Assembly (NCBI GenBank): GCA_049322255.1
Contig: JBMORE010000163.1
Span: 44,523 to 64,522, forward strand
DNA: 20,000 bases
Source of the DNA: Myxococcota bacterium
Lineage (GTDB): Bacteria > Myxococcota > Myxococcia > Myxococcales > Myxococcaceae
Reading direction: 5' to 3'
The notes beneath the pieces were generated by a model. That model ran no database searches. It worked only from the letters and a program-made list of their open reading frames with translations, and was not told the origin of the DNA. Shown piece by piece: positions 8,420 through 16,949 of this stretch (its first letter is position 1; the number at the start of each line of letters is the position of its first letter). Made by a program: the position numbers and the translations under genes.

Positions 8420-9732
8420 CTCAGCGGCAGACCCTTGGCCCGTCGGCGTAAGGTGGAGCGGTCCACCCCGAGCACGCGCGCGGCGGCGGCGAGGTTTCCC
8501 TTCGTCTTGGCCACCACCCGTCGCTGATACCACTCCACGACTTGCGCCTCCGAAGCGGTGCCGTCGCGCAGCGCCACCGGTAGGCCGTCGTCCTCTGGGG
8601 GCCGTGCCGAGGGTGAAAGCCCTGGGTCGAGGCCGAGGAGGAAATTGCGCAGCGCGTTTTGTAGCTGGCGCACGTTGCCCGGCCAGGGGTGGCTTTGGGC
8701 TGCCTCCGCTCGCAACCAACCGTCCACTGCCTCGAGCTGTGCCGGCCGCGCCGTGGGTCCGAGGTAGGCACGAACGAAGGCGGAGCCGATGGGTGGAACG
8801 TCCTCCGGCCGCTCGCGTAAAGGGGGAAGGTGCAGCACGTTGCCGGCGAGCCGCTGGTAGAGGTCGTGGCGGAACTCCCCCCGTGCGACCATCGCCGCCA
8901 GATTCTTGTGGGTGGCGGCCACGAAGCGCACGTCGACCTGATGCGCGGTGTCCGAGCCGAGGGAGTGCACCTCGTCGTTCTCGATGACGCGCAACAGCTT
9001 CACCTGGGTCGACTGGGGCAAGTCGCCCACCTCGTCGAGGAAGAAGGTGCCTTTGTCGGCGGTGCGAATGCGGCCCGCGCGGCTCTCGGCGGCTCCGGTG
9101 AAGGCGCCCTTGGCGTGGCCGAACAGCTCGCTCTCCACCAGCGTCTCGGGGAGCGCCGCGGCGTTGATCGCGCTTTTGGGGGCAGGTTTGCCGTCTTCGC
9201 CACCCGGCGTTCCCTCCTGAATGGCGTTGGCCACCAGCTCTTTGCCGGTGCCGGTCTCGCCCAGAAGGAGCACGTCGTGGTCGCGAATGACCCGCGCAAG
9301 CTCGAGAGCGTGGAAGAGCGACTCTCCGAAGCAGGCAGCCCAGGTCGCCTCTCGCAGCCGCTTCGCCGCCGTCGACGTGCCCTGGATTGCCTCCAGCGCC
9401 CGGTGAGCGCGGCCCGCGGCAAGGGCGATGCGCACGTACTCGGTGCGTGGCCGGGGCAACAGCGCCTGCACCTGTTTGGGCAAGGAGGGCTCGTCGAGCC
9501 CTTTGCCCGAGGTACCGGGGCCTCGCCGCGCTTGCCGATGCGCCAGCGCCAAGAGCAGCTGTTCGGCGCGATCGTGCCTTTTCACCCCCAGGAGCAAGGA
9601 AAGCTGCACGGGCGCCTCGAGTTGAAGAAGCGCTTCCTCTCCCTCCCGCCGGGCCCGCTCCGAGGTGGAGAAGGGGTTGCCCAGATAGGCGTTGAGCACC
9701 GCCTGGATTCTGCCGTGGTCGATGGTAGGCAT
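8416..9732 (-). CDS. Sigma54-dependent enhancer-binding protein (NtrC/Fis family AAA+) with atypical N-terminal domain
   Basis: Walker A GETGTGKE, ESELFGH-x-KGAFTGA, Walker B FFLDEVGD, FRHDLYQRL, WPGNVRQL, C-terminal Fis HTH GNLAAAARVLGVDRSTLRRR; no REC, GAF, PAS or FHA signature seen in the first ~115 aa. Confidence 0.95.
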   Translation of the reverse strand: MPTIDHGRIQAVLNAYLGNPFSTSERARREGEEALLQLEAPVQLSLLLGVKRHDRAEQLLLALAHRQARRGPGTSGKGLDEPSLPKQVQALLPRPRTEYVRIALAAGRAHRALEAIQGTSTAAKRLREATWAACFGESLFHALELARVIRDHDVLLLGETGTGKELVANAIQEGTPGGEDGKPAPKSAINAAALPETLVESELFGHAKGAFTGAAESRAGRIRTADKGTFFLDEVGDLPQSTQVKLLRVIENDEVHSLGSDTAHQVDVRFVAATHKNLAAMVARGEFRHDLYQRLAGNVLHLPPLRERPEDVPPIGSAFVRAYLGPTARPAQLEAVDGWLRAEAAQSHPWPGNVRQLQNALRNFLLGLDPGLSPSARPPEDDGLPVALRDGTASEAQVVEWYQRRVVAKTKGNLAAAARVLGVDRSTLRRRAKGLPLS

Positions 9733-9750
9733 CTTGCCTAGGCAAAATGC
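9729..9750. promoter_or_regulatory. 22-bp near-perfect palindrome, candidate EBP upstream activator/autoregulatory site
   Basis: GCATCTTGCCTAGGCAAAATGC (one mismatched pair); overlaps the EBP start codon and is centred ~110 bp upstream of the predicted sigma54 start site. Confidence 0.55.
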
Positions 9751-9824
9751 AGCACAGTTTGGGCGAGGGTGACAAGGTGTTCGACAACGGGTTGGGAAAT
9801 CGAGGGCTTGCGCGCCTCGGAGCG

Positions 9825-9840
9825 TGGTACGCCGTTCGCT
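9825..9840 (+). promoter_or_regulatory. Sigma54 -24/-12 promoter of the NfeD-flotillin operon
   Basis: TGGTACGCCGTTCGCT has GG-N10-GC spacing and resembles TGGCAC-N5-TTGCW; lies next to a divergent EBP gene. Confidence 0.6.
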
Positions 9841-9855
9841 ATGGAGGCTTTTTAA

Positions 9856-10455
9856 ATGTTGACCCTCTACTTCATCTGTCTGGCGATTGGGCTGGTGCTC
9901 ATCGTCGTCTCGTACCTCTCTGGAGGAGATTCATCCGAGGGGGAGGTGGGCTCCGGGAACACCGACGGCGGCGACGCTGCCGAGGGCGGCGAGGGCGAGC
10001 TCCATGGCTTTGGCTGGGCGTCGGTGCTCCCCTTGGTGTCGCTGTCCTTCTGGACGTTCTTCCTCGCCTTCTTCGGGCTGACCGGAGCGGTGCTCGCCGC
10101 GTTCACCGGGGCGAGTGTGGGGCTGACGGCCCTGGTGGCAGTGGGGGTGGGGTATGTGAGCGGGCTGTCGGTCACCCAGGTGGTGCGCAAGCTTCGGCGG
10201 CACGAGGTGGGCAGCGGGGTGCGCGCGCAGGACTACCTGGGCGAGGTGGCCACGGTGGTGTTGCCCACGCAAAAAGGCCAGCTGGGCAAGGTGCGGCTCA
10301 CCGTGCGCGGACGCACGGTGGACCTCCTCGCCGAGGGAGATTCGGAGGTGGCCTTGGGGCCGCATGAGCAGGTGGTGGTGCACGAGGTGCTCGACGACGG
10401 CTCGGTGCGCGTCACCAAGCTGGTCGAGCCGAAGTCGAAAGGAGAAGACCGATGA
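9856..10455 (+). CDS. NfeD-like (YqiJ/YuaF-type) membrane protein with C-terminal OB-fold
   Basis: N-terminal TM, acidic Gly-rich loop, further TMs (SLSFWTFFLAFFGLTG), then LGEVATVVLP…GKVRL…EQVVV OB-fold pattern; directly precedes flotillins. Confidence 0.85.
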   Translation: MLTLYFICLAIGLVLIVVSYLSGGDSSEGEVGSGNTDGGDAAEGGEGELHGFGWASVLPLVSLSFWTFFLAFFGLTGAVLAAFTGASVGLTALVAVGVGYVSGLSVTQVVRKLRRHEVGSGVRAQDYLGEVATVVLPTQKGQLGKVRLTVRGRTVDLLAEGDSEVALGPHEQVVVHEVLDDGSVRVTKLVEPKSKGEDR

Positions 10456-11732
10456 ACGTGTTGCAAGCGATAGACATCCCCACCGGGTGGGCGGTGGCCA
10501 TCCCCGCGATGGTGGTTGGAGTGGTGTGGGTGGTGCTGGCCACGGTGCGCGCGCTGGTGCACATCTGCCCGCCCAACCAGATTCTCATCTTCTCCGGGCG
10601 CAGCCACGCCGCTGCCGACGGGCGGGAGGTGGGCTTTCGGGTGGTGTTCGGAGGCCGAACCTTCCGGGTGCCGGTGCTGGAGCGGGTCGACCACATGGAC
10701 ATGTCCTTGCTCTCGGTGCCGATGACGGTGAACGGCGCCTACTCGTTGGGCGGCATCCCCCTGTCGGTGCACGCCATCGCCAACGTGAAGGTGTCCTCCG
10801 ACCCCAAGGTGGTGAACAACGCCATCGAGCGCTTCTTGGGTCATGACCGTTCGGCCATCGGCCGGGTGGCCAAGGAAACCCTCGAGGGCCACCTGCGCGG
10901 GGTGCTCGCCAACATGACGCCGGAGGAGGTGAACGAAGACCGGCTCAAGTTCGCCGACCGCCTCTCGGACGAGGCGGAACCCGACCTGCGCAAGCTGGGC
11001 CTGCAGCTCGACACGCTGAAGATTCAGCACGTCTCCGACGAGCGCGAGTACTTGGACAGCATCGGCAGAAAGCGCATCGCCGAGGTCTTGCGCACCGCGG
11101 AGGTGGCCGAGTCCGACGCCAAGCGCGCCGCGGAAGAAACCGAGGCGGCGGCCTCTGCGCGCGGGAAGGTGGCCAAGACCCAAGCGGAGGCGAACGTCCT
11201 GCGGCGAAGGAACGCGCTGCGCCAGCTCACCGCCGACCTCGAGGCCCAGGCCAAGAGCGAGGAGGTGCGCGCCCAGGCGGCCGCCCAGCAAGCCCGCGCG
11301 GAGGCGGAGAAAGAGCTGCAGGGCGTGCGCGCCGAGCTGGAGCGGCTGCGCCTGGCCGCCGACGTCACCATTCCCGCCGAGGTGGCGCAGAGGGTACGCG
11401 AGCTGGAGGCGGCGGGGCAGGCGGCCTCCATCGCCGAGAACGGCAAGGCGATGGCCGAGTCGATCGCCGCCGTGGCCAAGGCCTGGAAGGCGACCGACGG
11501 CAAGGCGATGGACATGTACGTCCTGCAAAACCTGGAGGAGCTGTTCGCGCAAGTGAGCGCCGCCGCCGCCCAGCTGGAGGTGAAGAAGGTGTCGCTGCTC
11601 GACGCGGGAGACGGCACCACGCTGGCCAACTACGTGAGCGCCTACCCCGCCACGGTGGGGGCGCTTCTTCGTGAGGTGTCGAAGACGTTGGGGGTGGACA
11701 TTCCCGCTGTTCTCACCGGCAAGACTTCGTAA
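10452..11732 (+). CDS. Flotillin family (SPFH/Band 7) protein 1
   Basis: N-terminal TM; ICPPNQILIFSG, AYSLGGIPL, NAIERFLG, ETLEGHLRGVLANMTPEEVNEDR; Ala/Glu-rich coiled coil; ATGA overlap with the NfeD-like gene. Confidence 0.93.
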   Translation: MNVLQAIDIPTGWAVAIPAMVVGVVWVVLATVRALVHICPPNQILIFSGRSHAAADGREVGFRVVFGGRTFRVPVLERVDHMDMSLLSVPMTVNGAYSLGGIPLSVHAIANVKVSSDPKVVNNAIERFLGHDRSAIGRVAKETLEGHLRGVLANMTPEEVNEDRLKFADRLSDEAEPDLRKLGLQLDTLKIQHVSDEREYLDSIGRKRIAEVLRTAEVAESDAKRAAEETEAAASARGKVAKTQAEANVLRRRNALRQLTADLEAQAKSEEVRAQAAAQQARAEAEKELQGVRAELERLRLAADVTIPAEVAQRVRELEAAGQAASIAENGKAMAESIAAVAKAWKATDGKAMDMYVLQNLEELFAQVSAAAAQLEVKKVSLLDAGDGTTLANYVSAYPATVGALLREVSKTLGVDIPAVLTGKTS

Positions 11733-11750
11733 GGAACAAGGAGAAGCGTC

Positions 11751-13052
11751 ATGGAAATCGTGCTCGCCGTCGTCGCCATTCTCGCCGTCGCCGCCACCCT
11801 GGTGGTGCTGGCGGTCAAGCGGCTCATCTACATCTGCCAGCCCAACGAGGTGCTGGTGTTCTCCGGCTCGCGCCGCCGCATGGGGGGGCGCTGGGTGGGT
11901 TACCGGCTCATCCAAGGGGGCCGGGGCATCCGCATTCCCATGCTCGAGCGGGTCGACCGGCTCGACCTCACCAACATGGTGATCGACATCCGCGTCAGCG
12001 GCGCCTACTCGAAGGGCGGCATTCCGCTCAACGTCGAGGGCATGGCCAACGTGAAGATCGCCAGCGAAGAGCCGACCATCGGCAACGCCATCGAGCGCTT
12101 CTTGGGCAAAAGCCGTGTCGAGCTGATTCGCGTGGCCAAGGAGACGCTGGAGGGAAACCTGCGCGGGGTGCTCGCGACCTTGACTCCCGAGGAGGTCAAC
12201 CACGACCGGGTGAAGTTCGCCCAGAGCCTGCTCACCGAGGCCGACCAGGATTTGAAGCGGCTGGGGTTGGTGCTCGACACCCTGAAGATTCAGAACGTGT
12301 CCGACGACAAGGGTTACCTCGATTCGTTGGGCCGTAAGCAAAGCGCCGACTTGCAGATGCGCTCACGCATCGCCGAGGCGGAGAACGCGGCGCTCGCGGC
12401 CGAGCGTGACGCCAAGAACTTCGAGGACCGGGAGATTGCCCGCCTCGAGGCCGGCTTCGCCATGGCCAAAGCCGAGGCCGAGCGACGCATCGCCGACGCC
12501 CAGACCAAGAAGGGGGCGATGGTTGCCGAGCAGAAGGCGGAGGTGATGGCCGAGGTGGCCCGTTCCAAGGCCGAGCTCCAGGTGCAGGCGGCGCGCATCG
12601 AGCAGGTGAAGCTGCAGCTCGAGGCCGACCGCATTCGCCCCGCGGAGGCGCGCAAGGCGGAGATGATTTCCGCCGCCCGCGGCGAGGCGTCGCGCATTCT
12701 CGAAGACGGCAAGGCCACCGCGCGTTCGTTGGAGGAGATTGGCCGCACCTGGGCGGAGGCGGGGGACGCCGCGCGGCAGGTCTTCGTGGCCCAGAAGATG
12801 AACAAGCTGGTGGAGAAGATGATGGCCACCGTGCACCACGTGCCGGTGGACCACGTCACCGTCCTCGACGCCCGGCTGGCCGAGGGTGGCAACAACCTGG
12901 CGGTGAAGGCGACGGTCGCCGCAGAGCAGCTCAAGCAGGCGTTGGGCATCGACGTGCCGGCGCTCTTGCAGCGGCTTTCGGGCGCCGGGTCATCCAACGG
13001 CGAGACGACAGCGCTGCCGCCGCTCCCAGCGCGGGAGCTGACCCACAAGTGA
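11751..13052 (+). CDS. Flotillin family (SPFH/Band 7) protein 2
   Basis: AAGGAG RBS; ICQPNEVLVFSG, AYSKGGIPL, NAIERFLG, ETLEGNLRGVLATLTPEEVNHDR; EA-rich coiled coil; paralogue of the preceding gene. Confidence 0.93.
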   Translation: MEIVLAVVAILAVAATLVVLAVKRLIYICQPNEVLVFSGSRRRMGGRWVGYRLIQGGRGIRIPMLERVDRLDLTNMVIDIRVSGAYSKGGIPLNVEGMANVKIASEEPTIGNAIERFLGKSRVELIRVAKETLEGNLRGVLATLTPEEVNHDRVKFAQSLLTEADQDLKRLGLVLDTLKIQNVSDDKGYLDSLGRKQSADLQMRSRIAEAENAALAAERDAKNFEDREIARLEAGFAMAKAEAERRIADAQTKKGAMVAEQKAEVMAEVARSKAELQVQAARIEQVKLQLEADRIRPAEARKAEMISAARGEASRILEDGKATARSLEEIGRTWAEAGDAARQVFVAQKMNKLVEKMMATVHHVPVDHVTVLDARLAEGGNNLAVKATVAAEQLKQALGIDVPALLQRLSGAGSSNGETTALPPLPARELTHK

Positions 13053-13077
13053 ACCCAACGTGGTGGATGAGCAGTTT

Positions 13078-14160
13078 TCAACCGACAGCACGCACGCGGC
13101 GGCGGTGCTTGGCGGCGTACAACTCACCATCGGCCCGCTCGAGGAGCTGCTCCCAGGTCTCCTCCGGTCGTTCTCCCGCCGCGGCGATGCCGAAGCTGAA
13201 CGACGCCCTCAACGAGGGATCGGGGGAATGAAAGGGCCGTTCCCCCAGCTCCGCGGAAATCTTTTCGAGGAGCCGAGTCGCCCCGGATCGGTCGGCGCCG
13301 ACCATCACCACCGCGAACTCGTCGCCGCCGATGCGCGCTGCGAGGTCGCTCTTGCGCATTCGCTGTGACAGGGCCTGCGCCACGGTGCGAAGGGCATCGT
13401 CCCCGGCGCGGTGACCGTATCGGTCGTTGAGGTACTTGAGACGGTCTTGGTCAATCATCGCGACCGAGAGCGGCGTTCCAAAGGCCTGGGCGCGCCGAAG
13501 CTCGCGGTCCACGAAGAGGCGAAAGGCGCGGCGGTTGGGCAGCCCGGTGAGCTCGTCGGTCTCTCGCTGGGTGCGCTCGTCGCGCAGCTCGCGGCTACGC
13601 TTGATGGCGCCGCGCAGCCGGGCCGACAGCTCCTCGGCCAAGACCGGCTTGATGAGGTAGTCGCAGGCGCCTCGGTCGAGGGCCTTCACCATTTCCTCCC
13701 GTTCATGAGCGGCGCTGACGAACACGCAAGGGATGTCTGCCGTCCATTCGTCACCCCGGAGGATGTCGACCAGCGAGTAGCCGCTCATCTCGGGCATGCG
13801 AAGGTCGCTCACCACCGCGTCGGGCCGGCGCTCGCGAATCCAGCGCAGCGCTTCGTGGGGGTTGGTGGTGGTGAGGACCTCGAACTCGGGAGACAAAAGC
13901 TCTCGTAACGCGTTCACCGCGTTGGCCTCGTCGTCGACCGCCACCACCAGCGGCGTCGCGCGCTCTTCTCGGGTCTTGGCCAAAAGCTCGTTCAGCCGGG
14001 AGGAGAGAAGCGCCGCCTCTTCGGCCACCGCTCCGGCGACCTCGCGGCTGGGCGTGTCCGACAGCGCGGCGTCGAGTGCCGGCATGCCGACCAACAGCTC
14101 TTCCATCGGGCGGCGGAGCGATTGGAGCAGAGCAAACAGGTAAGAAGAATCGGCGCTCAT
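13078..14160 (-). CDS. Response-regulator diguanylate cyclase (REC-GGDEF)
   Basis: REC: VVAVDDE…PDAVVSDLRMPEMSG…DYLIKP; GGDEF: TDELTGLPNRR, LNDRYGHRAGD, RKSD I-site, RIGGDEF. ATG 14160 chosen (alternative 14106); the ORF-track start at 14424 overlaps the OPT gene. Confidence 0.92.
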   Translation of the reverse strand: MSADSSYLFALLQSLRRPMEELLVGMPALDAALSDTPSREVAGAVAEEAALLSSRLNELLAKTREERATPLVVAVDDEANAVNALRELLSPEFEVLTTTNPHEALRWIRERRPDAVVSDLRMPEMSGYSLVDILRGDEWTADIPCVFVSAAHEREEMVKALDRGACDYLIKPVLAEELSARLRGAIKRSRELRDERTQRETDELTGLPNRRAFRLFVDRELRRAQAFGTPLSVAMIDQDRLKYLNDRYGHRAGDDALRTVAQALSQRMRKSDLAARIGGDEFAVVMVGADRSGATRLLEKISAELGERPFHSPDPSLRASFSFGIAAAGERPEETWEQLLERADGELYAAKHRRRVRAVG

Positions 14161-14174
14161 GAAAGCCTTACAAC

Positions 14175-14191
14175 AGCAACGGCTGTGCCAA
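14175..14191 (-). promoter_or_regulatory. Sigma54 -24/-12 promoter of the diguanylate cyclase
   Basis: Minus strand reads TTGGCACAGCCGTTGCT, almost identical to the consensus YTGGCACG-N4-TTGCW. Confidence 0.75.
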
Positions 14192-14306
14192 GAGTTTCGT
14201 GGGCAGCGGTCGTTAGGTGACGCAACCCTTGCGCCTGCCGGGGCGTTTGCTGTCGCGTGCGAGCGCTTCGAGGGTGTAAAGGTGCGCCCTTCGCCAGGAG
14301 GCCGAA

Positions 14307-16811
14307 GTGTCCGCTCCCCCGGAAACCGCCAACCACCTCGAGCTGGGCAAGGCCAAAAAAGCGCACGCCTTCGCGCCTTACGTCCCTGCCAGTCAGTCGC
14401 CGCGGGAGATGACGCTGCGGGCACTGGGTTTAGGAGCGGTGTTGGGAATCATCTTCGCCGCCTCCTCGGTGTACCTGGCGGTGAAGGTGGGCATGACGGT
14501 GTCGGCGTCGATTCCCATCGCGGTGTTGTCGATCGCCATCTTCCGCGCCTTGGGCCGCTCGAGCATCCTCGAGAATACCATCGTGCAGACCACCGGTTCG
14601 GCGGGCGAGTCGTTGGCCTTCGGGGTGGCCGCGGCGCTGCCGGCGCTCTTGTTCATGGGGTACGAAATCGACCTCCTCCACGCCTTCCTGGTGGCGGCGC
14701 TGGGCGGCGTCCTGGGCGTGTTGATGATGATTCCGCTCCGGCACGGCTTGGTGGTGCAGGAGCACGGCAAGCTGATGTACCCCGAGGGCACCGCCTGCGC
14801 CGACGTGCTCATTGTGGGGGAACAGGGCGGCACCAATGCGCGCACGGTCATCACCGGCTTCGTCGTCGGGGCGCTGTACAAAATCGCTTACCTGGGCGGA
14901 AAGCTGTGGCGCGAGGTGGTGGGGGTCGCGCTCGACAAGGTGACGCTCGACCCGGTGACCAAGAAAATCGCCTCCTACAAAGGTTACCTGGGAGGCTCGG
15001 TGGCGGTGGAGGTGAGCCCGGAGCTTCTCGGGGTGGGCTACATCATCGGGCCGCGCATCGCCGGGGTGACTTTCGCCGGCGGCGTCTTGAGCTACCTCAT
15101 CCTCATTCCGGCAATCAAATTCTTCGCCGGCAACTTGGACCCCACGGCGCTGGCGCAGCTGGGCCTTCCCGGAGGAGGGGACGCGCCCCTCGTTTCCCAG
15201 ATGGGACCGGACACCATCCGCAACTACTTCGTCCTCTACATCGGAGCGGGCGCGGTGGCGACCGGCGGCCTCATCAGCCTCATCCGCTCCATGCCCACCA
15301 TCGTCAGCGCTTTTCGCCGCGGGGTACAGACCTTCCTCGCCTCGCGCCGGCAACAGACGTCCGGACCGCAGCTGCCCCGCACCGAGCAGGACTTGCCCAT
15401 CACCGTGGTCATCGGCGGCTCCTTGCTCTTGGTGCTCGCCATTTGGCTGGCGCCGCCGCTGCACATCAACTTCCTCTCCGCGCTGCTGATCATCGTCTTC
15501 GGCTTCTTCTTCGTCACCGTGAGCGCGCGCATCACCGGGGAGATTGGCTCCTCCTCCAACCCCATCTCCGGCATGGTGGTGGCCACGCTCTTGGCCACCT
15601 GTCTCATCTTCCTGGTGCTGGGGTGGACCTCGCCGGCCGACCGCTTCATCGCCCTCTCCACCGCGGCGGTGGTGGGCATCGCCGCCTCCAACGGCGGCAC
15701 CACCGCGCAGGACTTGAAGACCGCTTTTTTGGTCGGAGGCACTCCACGCCGGCAGCAGCTGGCGCTCTTCGTGGGGGTCATCACCAGCGCCGCGCTCATC
15801 GGGCTCACCTTGGTGACCCTCAACAAGGGGGCAACCGCCATCCTCCCCGAGCAGCACCCGGGGGTGGCGCTCACCGACCTCACCGGAGAGACGGAGAAGA
15901 TGTACGAGTACTCCTTCACCCCCAAGGGCGAAGTGAGCCGCGAGGAGCTGGCCAAGGCGCTGTGGGCGGAAGGCTACGAGCTGCGCGAGGGGGCGGTGCG
16001 CACCTTTCACACCCGCACGCAAGAGGAGCTGGCGGCCCTCACCCTCAGCCTTCCCGGTGGCAAGGTGCAGGTAGGCAGCCTCGCCGACGTCGGCGTGCCC
16101 AAAGAGCACACCTTACGGGTGGGCTTTTTGCGCGGCAGCGTCAGCCCGCCCGACGGCAAGTACCTCATCGACGAGGCGGGCAGCATTCAGTACCTGGTCG
16201 ACCCCGGCATCGGAGGCCGTGTCTCGGAGTATTTGGGCAAGAAGCTGACCCGCTACGACGCTCCCAAGGCGAGGCTGTTCTCGCTCATCATCGACGGCAT
16301 TCTCACCCAGAAGCTGCCCTGGACCCTGGTGCTCCTGGGGGTGTTCATCGCCTTGATGCTCGAGCTGTGTGGGGTTTCCTCGCTGCCCTTCGCGGTGGGG
16401 GTGTACCTGCCTATCTCCACCAGCGCGCCCATCTTCTGCGGGGGAATCGTGCGCTACATCATCGACAAGGTGCACGGCGCCAAGGAGAGCGAGGCGGAGT
16501 TCTCACCCGGCGTGCTTCTCTCCTCGGGCTACATCGCCGGCGGCGCCATCGCCGGGGTGGTGTTGGCGATGCTCGCCATCCCGCGAGGAGGAGCGTTCTT
16601 GTCGGCGCTCAACCTCCCAGAGCTTTTGGGCACCGACAACCCGGTGGGCCGCTTCCTCAACATGGTGGGCGAGAGCGAGCACGCGCACCCGGTGGTTTCG
16701 GTGCTGTGGGGCCTGCTTTTCTTCATCGGACTCGCCGCGCTCCTGTTGCGAGTGGGCTTGAGGAAGGAGAGCGCCGCGGTGAGCGGCCGAGGCGACTCGC
16801 CCGGGACGTGA
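14307..16811 (+). CDS. OPT family oligopeptide transporter with a large soluble insertion
   Basis: AGGAGG RBS plus GTG; EMTLRA, KVGMTVSASIP, ENTIVQT, YPEGTAC, GSSSNPISGM, QDLKT, APKA, LPFAVGVYLP motifs; many TM helices. Confidence 0.95.
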   Translation: MSAPPETANHLELGKAKKAHAFAPYVPASQSPREMTLRALGLGAVLGIIFAASSVYLAVKVGMTVSASIPIAVLSIAIFRALGRSSILENTIVQTTGSAGESLAFGVAAALPALLFMGYEIDLLHAFLVAALGGVLGVLMMIPLRHGLVVQEHGKLMYPEGTACADVLIVGEQGGTNARTVITGFVVGALYKIAYLGGKLWREVVGVALDKVTLDPVTKKIASYKGYLGGSVAVEVSPELLGVGYIIGPRIAGVTFAGGVLSYLILIPAIKFFAGNLDPTALAQLGLPGGGDAPLVSQMGPDTIRNYFVLYIGAGAVATGGLISLIRSMPTIVSAFRRGVQTFLASRRQQTSGPQLPRTEQDLPITVVIGGSLLLVLAIWLAPPLHINFLSALLIIVFGFFFVTVSARITGEIGSSSNPISGMVVATLLATCLIFLVLGWTSPADRFIALSTAAVVGIAASNGGTTAQDLKTAFLVGGTPRRQQLALFVGVITSAALIGLTLVTLNKGATAILPEQHPGVALTDLTGETEKMYEYSFTPKGEVSREELAKALWAEGYELREGAVRTFHTRTQEELAALTLSLPGGKVQVGSLADVGVPKEHTLRVGFLRGSVSPPDGKYLIDEAGSIQYLVDPGIGGRVSEYLGKKLTRYDAPKARLFSLIIDGILTQKLPWTLVLLGVFIALMLELCGVSSLPFAVGVYLPISTSAPIFCGGIVRYIIDKVHGAKESEAEFSPGVLLSSGYIAGGAIAGVVLAMLAIPRGGAFLSALNLPELLGTDNPVGRFLNMVGESEHAHPVVSVLWGLLFFIGLAALLLRVGLRKESAAVSGRGDSPGT

Positions 16812-16949
16812 CCTTTAATAGTGCGTGGTTACGAGTCGGCTGGAGCGCAGTTGGCCAGTCAGCTCCCGGTCCGTAGTGTGTAGCCGCGCGCTTCGGCCGC
16901 CTCCGGGAGCGTCGGAGCGGCGAGGTAGAAGACTGCCGCGAGGCGAGGC

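Noticed and set aside
8252..9787. 511-aa minus-strand ORF
   Set aside because: Alternative frame of the EBP gene; low-complexity Arg/Ala/Gly content.
10233..12341. 702-aa minus-strand ORF
   Set aside because: Antisense mirror of the flotillin genes caused by GC3 bias.
14159..16876. 905-aa plus-strand ORF
   Set aside because: Off-frame shadow of the OPT gene, typical of high-GC DNA; no protein motifs.
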